From Myxococcales bacterium (GTDB lineage Bacteria > Myxococcota_A > UBA9042 > JABWCM01 > BTVJ01), in the NCBI GenBank assembly GCA_045863395.1, contig BTVJ01000018.1, forward strand, positions 1 through 64,000: DNA of 64,000 bases, given 5' to 3'. Position numbers and translations under genes: made by a program. Below the pieces are notes generated by a model, which was not told the DNA's origin, did no database searches, and saw only the letters and a list, made by a program, of their open reading frames with translations. Shown piece by piece: positions 30,484 through 39,552 of this stretch (position 1 is the stretch's first letter; the number at the start of each line of letters is the position of its first letter).

Positions 30484-31934
30484 CCGTCACCCTGCCGGAG
30501 CTGGCTCGACTGACAGCGATCCTCGACGCCGCCCTGGTGGGTGGCGCCATCCAGGGGGTCAAGCAGCCCGGCGAGGACCTCCTGCTCCTCGACGTCCGCA
30601 CGCCGGGCCAGAGCCACACGCTCTTGATCTGTGTGGCGCCGCGGCGCGCCCGGGTCCACCGCACCAGCCGCCGCCTCCCCTCTCCCGCCAGCCCCTTCGC
30701 CTTCCTCATGAAGCTCCGCAAGGACGTGGTGGGCGCGCGCATCAGGGCGGTCCGGCTCGTTGGAGGCGACCGGGTGATCGCCATGGACCTTGAGCGCAGC
30801 GCACGGCACGCCGAGGGGGCGGCGCACCTCACCCTCCTCGCGGAGCTGTCCGCACACCACCCCAACGTCTATCTGCTCGAGGATGACCGCATCCTCGCGT
30901 CCCTGATCCCCTCCCGGTCCGCAAAGCGGGACCTGTGCCAGGGACAGCCCTATGTACCGCCCCTCCCCCACGGCACCCCGTTCCGCGAGGCGGACCGGCT
31001 GGCGGGTGAAGAGGACCCCGAGGCGGCGCTCGACCGACTGTACGAGGCCGCCGAGGCGGAGGCCGCCCTGACCGAGCAGCGGGCGACGTGGGGGCGCGCG
31101 CTCCGGACGCGCGTCGAACGCGAGCGGCGCAAGGTCGACAAGATCGCCTCGGATCTGGCGCGCGCAGAGGACGCGGGGGACGCACTGCGCCGCGCCGAGC
31201 TGCTCAAGTCCGCGCTGCACCAGATCGCACCCGGCGCGTCCGTCGCTCGCGTCACCGACTGGTGGGACCCGCAGCTCGTCACGGTGGACGTGCCGCTCGA
31301 CCCTGCCGTCCCCGCGCGGGTCCAGGTGGAGCGCATGTTCCACCAGGCGCGGCGCCGCAAGGAGGCCGCGGGACGCATCCGCGCTCGCCTCGCCGCCGTG
31401 CGCGCCGACCTCCTCCGCCTGGAGGCCGTGGAGCAGGAGTTCGAGCGCGCTGCGTCGCCGGAGTCCCTGGACGCCGCAGTGGCCGCCCTCCGTGGGTTGG
31501 GCATCGGGCCGCGCCCTCCCCGCCAGCGCGAGCGCCCCGAGGCGCGGCTCCCCTACGTGGCGCACCTGGCCAGCGACGGCTCCCAGATCCTCGTGGGCCG
31601 CAGCGCCAAGGACAACGACACCCTGACCTTCCAGGTCGCGCGCGGGGACGACTGGTGGCTCCACGCCCGCGGGCGCAGGGGCGCGCACGTGATCCTGCGC
31701 GTCGCCCGTGGCGCCCAGCCCTCCGAGGAGGCCCTCGCGGACGCGGCCCAGCTCGCAGCCTGGGGAAGCGAGGGCGCCCGTGACACCCTCGTCGAGGTGG
31801 CGGCGACCCCCCGCCGACTGGTCCGCAAGCCGGGCGGCGCCGCCCCGGGTACGGTTACATTCTCCAAGGCGCGCACCATCCTCGTCGCGCCCGACCCGGA
31901 CCGCGTCGCGCAGATCCGCTCCCGCACGCCGTGA
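30480..31934 (+). CDS. NFACT family protein (RqcH/FbpA-like)
   Basis: F.MKLRK..G, GDRV, coiled-coil middle region, [35 protein letters not shown]. Confidence 0.88.
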   Translation: MTVTLPELARLTAILDAALVGGAIQGVKQPGEDLLLLDVRTPGQSHTLLICVAPRRARVHRTSRRLPSPASPFAFLMKLRKDVVGARIRAVRLVGGDRVIAMDLERSARHAEGAAHLTLLAELSAHHPNVYLLEDDRILASLIPSRSAKRDLCQGQPYVPPLPHGTPFREADRLAGEEDPEAALDRLYEAAEAEAALTEQRATWGRALRTRVERERRKVDKIASDLARAEDAGDALRRAELLKSALHQIAPGASVARVTDWWDPQLVTVDVPLDPAVPARVQVERMFHQARRRKEAAGRIRARLAAVRADLLRLEAVEQEFERAASPESLDAAVAALRGLGIGPRPPRQRERPEARLPYVAHLASDGSQILVGRSAKDNDTLTFQVARGDDWWLHARGRRGAHVILRVARGAQPSEEALADAAQLAAWGSEGARDTLVEVAATPRRLVRKPGGAAPGTVTFSKARTILVAPDPDRVAQIRSRTP

Positions 31935-32043
31935 CGTTGCCCCCGGTGGCCGCCACAGCAGCCCAGTTGGAATCGGGGCGACTCCAGGTTACGATGGGCG
32001 CCCGACGGTCGGCGACGTCCCCGCTGAGCAGGAGCCAGGCGCA

Positions 32044-32859
32044 GTGAACTGTCCGAAGTGCGGCTTCGAGCAACCGGATCAGGCCGTGTGCCTGAGCTGC
32101 GGCATCGTGTTTGCGAAGTACCGGCCCGACGCCCACCCGCCAGAAGCCCCCGCGCGCCCTGCCCACGACGTCTCCGCCCCGTCCGCCTTCGCGCAGCCCG
32201 CTGGGCGCATCGGCCGCCTCCTCCGGCTTGGCGCGGCGCTGCTCTGCGCGATCAACGCCGCGATCATGTGGCTCAACGGCTCCGCGAAGGCCACGTTCGC
32301 CATCTACGTCGCCCTGGTGTTCTTCGTCGTCGCATGCGCCCACCTGCTCCTGACCATCCGGCAGCGGGTCACCCTGCGCCAGCTCACCATCGAGCTGGCG
32401 GTCGTCGCGGCGGTCTCCCTGGGCGCGAAGTTCTCGTACCCGCAGATCTTCGACCTGGACGAGCCCACCACCCAGGGCACACCCCCACCCCGAGTCCGTG
32501 GCGAGTACGCAGCCTTCCTCGAGGCGACCCGCGCCTTCGACGCGACAGCGCGGGCGCTCGTGCTGGGCTCCCCCACGCTGGCCGACACATGGGCCGAGCA
32601 GCGGTCCCGCCTGGACGGCCTGTCCGTCCGGGCCGCCTACGACGGGATCCCCACACGGGAGCGCGTCGCGGCCTACGAGGTCTCGGAGCTGGTCCGGCAG
32701 GTGGCCGCGGAGCTCCAGCCCTTCTCCCCCGTGACGGCGAGCACCCCCCCGAGCCTGCCCGACGACGTCAAGGGGCGCATCGGCGGCCACCTGGCGACGC
32801 TCCACGACGAGCGGCAGCGCCTGGAGCGGCTGGCGACCGAGGCAAGCGAGCCCGAGTAG
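32044..32859 (+). CDS. Zn-ribbon membrane protein, hypothetical
   Basis: GTG start, NCPKCGFEQ...CLSCGIVFAKY, then about three TM helices. Confidence 0.75.
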   Translation: MNCPKCGFEQPDQAVCLSCGIVFAKYRPDAHPPEAPARPAHDVSAPSAFAQPAGRIGRLLRLGAALLCAINAAIMWLNGSAKATFAIYVALVFFVVACAHLLLTIRQRVTLRQLTIELAVVAAVSLGAKFSYPQIFDLDEPTTQGTPPPRVRGEYAAFLEATRAFDATARALVLGSPTLADTWAEQRSRLDGLSVRAAYDGIPTRERVAAYEVSELVRQVAAELQPFSPVTASTPPSLPDDVKGRIGGHLATLHDERQRLERLATEASEPE

Positions 32860-32860
32860 C

Positions 32861-35800
32861 TCAGTCGCAGAGCAGGTTTCGCAGCAGGGTGATCCCGAAC
32901 TTCCCCGCGGTGACCAGGTCGACGCACCCGTCGCCATCCATGTCTCGCGCGTAGAGCCACTGGGGCTGGGGAGCGGAGTAGAGGGTGGTCGGGTTCTGCG
33001 CAAACTGGCGGTCCCCGATGCCGGCATACAAGTACACGGCGTTCTTGGGGGTGTCGGCGATGACGATGTCGAACAGGCCGTCCCCGTTGAAGTCCCCACC
33101 ATCGATCCCCGCGGCCTTCGACCCCGGGTAGTTGGAGTACGAGAAGGGCGTCTCGAAGGGCTGCTCTCCGACGGCGTGGCTCTTCCCGAAGGCCACCCGC
33201 ACGTCCTTCCCGACGGAGAGGACGTCCGAATAGAAGTCCTCGTCCGCGTTGACCTGCGCCACCGTAGCCGCCACCGGGTTCTGGGACACGACGGAGACCA
33301 GCCTCCCGTCCGACAGGATCCCCTTCTTCGCGTAGAGCACGGACACGTCGCTGATCAACGTGTTGAGCACGACGGCGTCCAGGTGCCCGTCCACGTCCAC
33401 GTCAGCGAGCATCAGGCGCACGGCCCCTGGATCCGCCTGCGCGGCGGCGTCGACGTAGGCCACCGAGTGCAGCTCGAAGGCGCCGTTCTTCAGAGACCGG
33501 TACACCTCCACGGACGCCGGCGTCGTCTCCTTGGCGGTCTTCACGAAGGGTTTGAGGGCCACGAGGTCGTCGACCCCGTCGCCGTCCATGTCACCGATGG
33601 CGATGTCGACCATCTTGCCGACCGCGGACCCGATGGGCTCCTTGTACACTGGTCCGGGCTGGGGCTCCTTGAGGAACACGTCCACGTGCACCGGGATGAT
33701 CTCCGGCGGGAGGCCGGTCGGCACGTTGGTCTGGTACGCCAGGATCAGGTCGGTTCGCCCGTCCCCGTTGAAGTCCCCCGAATCCATGTCCACGAACGGG
33801 CCCTTCTTGTAGCCCTTGGACTTCTCATCGACCACCCCCCATATGAGGGGGAAGCTGAACAGCCCCGGCGATCCCTGGGGCGCGACTCCGTCGGACGTGT
33901 AGACGAACATCAGGCCGGTGTCCATGACGGTGTGGGGCACCAGGGCGTCCAACCCCGGCATCCCGTCCGCCTCGGCCACGTGGAACACCTTGGGCACGAT
34001 GGGCTGGCACTTGTCGCCCGCGCAGTCCAGGGGCATGGGGAGGTTGGGAGCGCCCATGAAGGTCCCGTCCCCGTTGCCTGCGAGCAGCGTGACCTGCTTC
34101 ACCTTGGCGTTGAGCACGAGCAGGTCCAGCAGGTCGTCGTCGGTGAACTGCCCCGCCACGATGGACGACGGCTCCGGGCCGGCCACGTACCCCATCAAGG
34201 AGCCCGGCAGGGTGCTGCCGAGGAAGACCTGCAGGGAGTTGGCGCCTCCGTGAGCCACCGCGAAGTCGAGCTTGCCGTCGTCGTCGAAGTGCCCCGTCAC
34301 GATGGAGTTGGGCTTGCCTCCCGCGATGCCGAGGGGGGTCGTCTCGAAGTAGCCGTTGCCCTTGCCCGCGAGCAGGTAGAGCTGCCCGGACTTCTCGCTG
34401 GCCACCACCAGGTCGGGCCACGCCCCCCCACTGAAGTATCCCGTGGCCACGGCGACCGGATCCGCATCGACGACGGTGTCGTATGCCGCGACGAATCCGC
34501 CGCTGCCATCACCGAGGAACACGGACACCTTGGAGTCTCCCTGGGAGCCGACCACGACATCCGGGTGGCCGTCGCCGTCGAAGTCGGCCGCGTGGGGCGC
34601 GCGCGCCTTGGCGACACCTCCAAAGGACTTGGGGGTCGCGCTGAAGTAGGGGCGGTCTCCCTCGGTGACGTCCTCCCAGCGCGCAGGCTCGTTGCCGCGG
34701 AAGACGACGACCGTCTTGGCGTCCGTGGCCGTCACGGAGACCAGGTCGAGGCTGTCGTCCCCCGTGAGGTCCGTCGCCAGCAGCGCGGTCACCTTGAGCG
34801 CGTCGGGCATGAGCAGCACCTGCTGCCGCTCCGCCGTTCCGTCGTCGAGCTGGATCCACACCTCCACGGCGGGGGCCGGGGATGGGACCGCCAGGATGGC
34901 GTCCAGGTCTCCGTCGCCGTCGACGTCCACGAGCGCGGCCGCGTCCGCTCGTACCGAGATGAGGGGCTGCGCCGGCTCCAGGCGACCGTCTCCGACCGCG
35001 CGCATCAGCAGCGTCTCCGGCCCACCGATGACCAGCGCGTCGTCGAGGCCGTCGCCGTCCCAGTCCCCTCCGACGATCTGGGTGGGCGTCGACTTGGTCT
35101 CCATGTCCACCGAGCGCGCCTCCAAGAAGCGGAGCGGCATGACGACGAACACCTTGCGCGCCTCAGTCGCCGTGTTGCCCGCGGCGTCGCTGACCTCTAC
35201 TGTGACGAGCCCCTCGAAGGTCCCCTGGGCGATGTCGTGGAAGGTGAGGGACACGGTCGCCTCGCCCGCGGGTTCGCCGTAGCTTGCGGCCTCCTCCAGG
35301 TCCTCGTCCCCTCCGGTCAGGGTGGCCTTCACCGACGCGATGCCGCAGCCCTTGTCGCTTGCCGCGCCGCGCACGGCGAGGTCCCGCAGGATCACCTCCT
35401 GCCCGAGGGGGCGCTCCAAGGTCAGCTCGGGCGGCGTCAGGTCCACCATCCAGCTCCCGACGGCCTCCCCCTTCTGCCCGTCCTTCGCGGTGACACGCAC
35501 GCGAATGGCGAGTGGGCCCTCCGGCTGGCCCGCGGTGTCGACCGCGAGGGCGAAGAGGCCGCCCGTCGCCTTCGTGGCCGTTGCGACCACCGTGTCGCCG
35601 ATCATCGCCTCGACCAGCGCGATCCCAAGCTCGTGGGTAGCCTTCACCTTGAGGTCCACCGTGTCTCCGACGCAGCCCAGCAGCTCGGGCGCCTGGATGC
35701 TCACCTCGGGCCCTGGGATCGGCGCCGCCACGTCGTCCACCGTGCCGACGTCCTGCACGTCCTCGCCGGATGCCACGTCCTTCTTGCCCCCACCGCCGAT

Positions 35801-35950
35801 GGGCGCCGCGTTGCCGTCGTCGCCGCCACAGGCGGCCATGGCAACGAGGCTCACCCAAAGCGCGCACAGGGCCCAATGAAGCCCGGCCACGCTCGCCGAG
35901 GGCGTCCTCCACGCGCGCTGGACACCGCCCACTCGGGCCAAATCGGCCAT
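32861..35950 (-). CDS. FG-GAP/VCBS-repeat lipoprotein with N-terminal Ig-like domains
   Basis: MAAC lipobox; many GDxDGDGxxD repeats; GGAGG RBS before ATG 35950. Confidence 0.88.
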   Translation of the reverse strand: MADLARVGGVQRAWRTPSASVAGLHWALCALWVSLVAMAACGGDDGNAAPIGGGGKKDVASGEDVQDVGTVDDVAAPIPGPEVSIQAPELLGCVGDTVDLKVKATHELGIALVEAMIGDTVVATATKATGGLFALAVDTAGQPEGPLAIRVRVTAKDGQKGEAVGSWMVDLTPPELTLERPLGQEVILRDLAVRGAASDKGCGIASVKATLTGGDEDLEEAASYGEPAGEATVSLTFHDIAQGTFEGLVTVEVSDAAGNTATEARKVFVVMPLRFLEARSVDMETKSTPTQIVGGDWDGDGLDDALVIGGPETLLMRAVGDGRLEPAQPLISVRADAAALVDVDGDGDLDAILAVPSPAPAVEVWIQLDDGTAERQQVLLMPDALKVTALLATDLTGDDSLDLVSVTATDAKTVVVFRGNEPARWEDVTEGDRPYFSATPKSFGGVAKARAPHAADFDGDGHPDVVVGSQGDSKVSVFLGDGSGGFVAAYDTVVDADPVAVATGYFSGGAWPDLVVASEKSGQLYLLAGKGNGYFETTPLGIAGGKPNSIVTGHFDDDGKLDFAVAHGGANSLQVFLGSTLPGSLMGYVAGPEPSSIVAGQFTDDDLLDLLVLNAKVKQVTLLAGNGDGTFMGAPNLPMPLDCAGDKCQPIVPKVFHVAEADGMPGLDALVPHTVMDTGLMFVYTSDGVAPQGSPGLFSFPLIWGVVDEKSKGYKKGPFVDMDSGDFNGDGRTDLILAYQTNVPTGLPPEIIPVHVDVFLKEPQPGPVYKEPIGSAVGKMVDIAIGDMDGDGVDDLVALKPFVKTAKETTPASVEVYRSLKNGAFELHSVAYVDAAAQADPGAVRLMLADVDVDGHLDAVVLNTLISDVSVLYAKKGILSDGRLVSVVSQNPVAATVAQVNADEDFYSDVLSVGKDVRVAFGKSHAVGEQPFETPFSYSNYPGSKAAGIDGGDFNGDGLFDIVIADTPKNAVYLYAGIGDRQFAQNPTTLYSAPQPQWLYARDMDGDGCVDLVTAGKFGITLLRNLLCD

Positions 35951-36271
35951 CGCCGCCTCCCATATCCTCGAATTCACAGTGGATTCACCTTGAGCGCAAG
36001 CAGGGGATTATCCGGACCGGCAGCGCACAAGTCAACCGACGAGCCCTTCCCCGAGTGCTCGCTCCGGGCCGAGATCTCCCCCGGGACCGCCCGGGCCCTG
36101 CGACGAAGCGCCCGAGGTGCCGTGGCAGATCGACCACGCCCTGGATCGTCTCCGCAAACCGGGCTAGCCTGCGCGACGCAGTTGCGAGCCGCGTGGGCGC
36201 CCTCCTCGACGTGGCTGCGCACCGGCGCTAGACTGCCGCGTCGTCCCCATGAGCGAGGTCCGAGAGCTGAC

Positions 36272-36934
36272 ATGCACCGTGTTGAGTGGCGACTAGTGCA
36301 CCCGGTTCGCGAGGGCCACCGCGACCGGGTCGAGGAGCTGGGGGCGGAGCTCATGGAGCTCGACGCCTCACGCACGGCCGGTCTCGGCGACGACGAGCGA
36401 GCCTGGCTGATCGAGAGCGAGCTGGCGGCGCTGACCATCCCCCCCTGCGAGGCCACGGGGGCACCGCGGGTGGGCGACAGCCCGGACTGGGAGCGGCGCG
36501 CGCTGCTGGAGTTCCATGAGGACGATCCGCTGGACGAGCCCATGGACTTCGACGACTACGCAGAGCTCCGGCGCCTCGACTACGACTGCGCGCGGTGCCC
36601 CTACCGAACGCCCTACACGGCGTGGCCGCTCCGCCCGTGCGAGCTGGCGGCACACCCTCTGACGGACCTGGTGCCGGACGAGCGTACCGTCGAGCTGGCC
36701 CTGTCGGATCTGGAGCCCCCAGAGATGCTGGAGCTGGCCGGGTTGCTCGACGACCTCCGCCGCGAGGGCCGAGCCAGACCGACGTCCGAGGTGGACGCTG
36801 CGGACTTCCTGACGAAGGCATCGCTGTTCCTGCGCTTCTGGGCCACCCTCGGGTTCTCGGTCACGTCCCATGCCACCGAGGAGCCCCAGGCGGACGCGCC
36901 TGCGGGCGACGAAGACTACCGCCGGGGCTCCTGA
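36272..36934 (+). CDS. Hypothetical acidic protein with Cys motifs
   Basis: Codon-plausible 3' part of the long + ORF; contains PPCE and CARCPY..PC; no family recognised. Confidence 0.6.
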   Translation: MHRVEWRLVHPVREGHRDRVEELGAELMELDASRTAGLGDDERAWLIESELAALTIPPCEATGAPRVGDSPDWERRALLEFHEDDPLDEPMDFDDYAELRRLDYDCARCPYRTPYTAWPLRPCELAAHPLTDLVPDERTVELALSDLEPPEMLELAGLLDDLRREGRARPTSEVDAADFLTKASLFLRFWATLGFSVTSHATEEPQADAPAGDEDYRRGS

Positions 36935-36960
36935 CTCCCGCGCTACCACGGAGGATCTCG

Positions 36961-37617
36961 TTGAAGCTCTCGCTGCTCCTGTTCGCACTGCTGGTCGCCG
37001 CGCCCGCGCACGCCGACGTGGGCCGCGACGCCGCGCTGGACGCGGTCCGCGCGCTGGTCGAGGGCCCCGTCGCTGCCCGGTGGCAGGCCGGGAGCGCCGC
37101 TCCCCACCGCCTCAGCGGCTTCATCAGCCGCCCCTACGACGGGTCCCCGGCCGCCGTCGCCGCGGCCTTCCTTGGCGACCTGGCGCCGGTGTTCGGCTTC
37201 GATGCGCGGGAGCTCCGGGTCATCGGCCAGGAGACCATTGCCGGCGTGGCCGCGGTGCGACTGGAGCAGCGCGTCGACGGCGCCCCGGTGTTCGGGCGCA
37301 CCACGGTGGTGACCGTGGAGGCGGGACGGGCCACGTCGGTCACCGGCACCCCCGAGCCGATCCTCCTCGCGCCGCGGACCCGGGAGCTCTCTGGTCGCGA
37401 GGCCATCACAGCGGCGCTCGAGGCGATCGAGGTGGTAGAGCGCGACCTGGCGGCTCCCCCTGTGGCGAGCAGGGTCGTCATGGCCGCCGGGGCCGAGGGC
37501 CGCCTGGCGTGGCGAGTCTCCGCCGTGGTGGTGCCCCTCTCGGTGCACCTGACTGTGATCGTAGATGCCGAGACCGGCGCAGTGCTCCTGGTCGACAACG
37601 ACGTCCGGCACGGGTAG
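36961..37617 (+). CDS. Stand-alone FTP/PepSY-like protease propeptide protein with signal peptide
   Basis: GGAGGA RBS, TTG start, APAHA signal peptide; VRLEQRVDGAPVFG and LAWRV...VIVDAETGAVL motifs. Confidence 0.75.
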   Translation: MKLSLLLFALLVAAPAHADVGRDAALDAVRALVEGPVAARWQAGSAAPHRLSGFISRPYDGSPAAVAAAFLGDLAPVFGFDARELRVIGQETIAGVAAVRLEQRVDGAPVFGRTTVVTVEAGRATSVTGTPEPILLAPRTRELSGREAITAALEAIEVVERDLAAPPVASRVVMAAGAEGRLAWRVSAVVVPLSVHLTVIVDAETGAVLLVDNDVRHG

Positions 37618-37626
37618 GAGGCCACG

Positions 37627-39414
37627 ATGAAGAGCGACCGCCTGAGACGCCTCCTGGCCTCCCTCGTCCTCGTGTCCGCCTGCGGGGACGATGCGACGAA
37701 CGCCGGCGACACGACGCCGCTGGCAGACACGACGAGCCTGGCTGAGCCCGACACGTCCGCCGCCGTGGACACGGCGACGAGCGAGGACAGCGCCACCGAG
37801 GGCTCACCAGACTCCGCAACACCGGACGACGCCGCCCCCGACGCGCTGGACGAACCAGACACGGGGGAGCCCGCCGGTCCGACGCCGCCCCTCGCCCGGG
37901 TCTACGCCAACAACCCCTTGGACGGCTCCCTCATCGAGGTGGAGCTGCCTCACATCCAGTCCCACGACGGCAAGCTGACCGGCGCCTTTGCGCGGGTATG
38001 GAACTGCACGCAGGCACCCGGCGGCAAGAAGGTCAACTACCAGGGCGTGACGCTGACGCTGTGCAACCAGGAGCAGACCGCCCTCCGAGGCGACGACGGA
38101 ACCTGGCTGCACGTGGACCCGCCGGCGTCTGACAAGGACGGCAACGACGCCTTCGCCGAGCTCATGATGTACTGGCACGTCAACCACATCCACGACTGGT
38201 TCAAGGACTCCTTCGGGATGTCCTCGCTGGACTTCTCCATGGATGCGCTGGTCAACGTGCAGTTCAGCATCTACGGCGGGTGGCTGCCCTTCGACAACGC
38301 GGCGTTCATCCCCAAGGAGTCCCTGGCCCAGCTCGGCCTTCCGCTGGACCTGAACGGCGACTCCATCATCTTCGGGCAGGGGACCAACGTGGACTTCAGC
38401 TACGAGGCCGACGTGATCTACCACGAGTACACCCACGCCATGATCGGCACGACCCGCCTCATGGGGGTGACCCTCGACGCCTACGGCCCGACCAACCTCC
38501 CCTCGGCGATGAACGAGGGCTTCGCGGACTACTTCGCGGCGACCCTCGCCGACGACCCCCTGATGGGCGCCTATGCGCTGAGCAACGTCTCCAGCATCTT
38601 CACCTCCGCCCCCCCCATGGACCTGAGCCGCGACCTGAGCGTGATGAAGCGGTGCCCCGACGATCTCACGACCGAGTTCCACGCGGACGGAGAGATCGTC
38701 GGCAGCGCCATGTGGTCCATCAGAGCTCAGCTCGGGCCCGCCGCAGCAGACGCAATCATCCTGAAGGCCATCCAGACCTTCACCAACGCGACGACCATCG
38801 ATGGCGCGTCCGAGGCGATCATCGAGGAGGCGGGCAAGCTCGATCCACCCCGTGACGCCGAGGTGGAGCAGATCCTCCGTGACCATGGCATGCTGGGCTG
38901 CAACCGGGTGATGCCGTACAAAGCGTTCCTCGCGACGGGCGGGGACTCCCTCCCGCTGGAGATCCCCGGCACGTCCACCACCGGGCTCCCGCAGTTCTTC
39001 AAGTGGGTGCCTGGGTTCGTCCAGTGGCGGTACACGCAGCCCACGGGCAAGGCAGGTTTCTCGATCATGCTGAAGATCGCCGCGGGCGGGGTCGGGGGCT
39101 TTGGTGGTGGGTCGCTGCCAACGCTATCGCTCCTCGCCAAGCGTGGCGGACAGCCGATCACGTATGCCTACGCGGGCGCGACGACGACCCACGACGCTGA
39201 GGTGGAGATCCCCCTCGTCCAGGGGAAGAGCGACGCCCAGGGGCTCACACCGTACACGGCCACCGTCTTCGGTGACTGCGTGGCCGAGGGCGACGTGGTT
39301 CTGCAGATCAAGAACACCAGCAAGACAGGGGGCCAGATCTACGCCCTCCAGATCTCGGCGCTCACCGAGGCGCCCGACGGGGACCCCACCTTCGGCGGCT
39401 GCGGCGGTCCGTAG
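37627..39414 (+). CDS. Thermolysin/fungalysin-like (M4/M36) zinc metallopeptidase lipoprotein without a propeptide
   Basis: LVSAC lipobox; DNAAF, DVIYHEYTH (HExxH), NEGFADYF, EFHADG. Confidence 0.88.
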   Translation: MKSDRLRRLLASLVLVSACGDDATNAGDTTPLADTTSLAEPDTSAAVDTATSEDSATEGSPDSATPDDAAPDALDEPDTGEPAGPTPPLARVYANNPLDGSLIEVELPHIQSHDGKLTGAFARVWNCTQAPGGKKVNYQGVTLTLCNQEQTALRGDDGTWLHVDPPASDKDGNDAFAELMMYWHVNHIHDWFKDSFGMSSLDFSMDALVNVQFSIYGGWLPFDNAAFIPKESLAQLGLPLDLNGDSIIFGQGTNVDFSYEADVIYHEYTHAMIGTTRLMGVTLDAYGPTNLPSAMNEGFADYFAATLADDPLMGAYALSNVSSIFTSAPPMDLSRDLSVMKRCPDDLTTEFHADGEIVGSAMWSIRAQLGPAAADAIILKAIQTFTNATTIDGASEAIIEEAGKLDPPRDAEVEQILRDHGMLGCNRVMPYKAFLATGGDSLPLEIPGTSTTGLPQFFKWVPGFVQWRYTQPTGKAGFSIMLKIAAGGVGGFGGGSLPTLSLLAKRGGQPITYAYAGATTTHDAEVEIPLVQGKSDAQGLTPYTATVFGDCVAEGDVVLQIKNTSKTGGQIYALQISALTEAPDGDPTFGGCGGP

Positions 39415-39552
39415 GCCCTCCCCGGCAGGGTCGCCGGACCCTCCCCCAACCTCGCTCTTCAACTCCGGAACGTTTGCGTGCTACGCTGGCCGGACCAGCG
39501 CATGGTCTGAACGCACCGGAGCGGTCTGCCGCTCCGCTCGGGAGGTGTTTCC

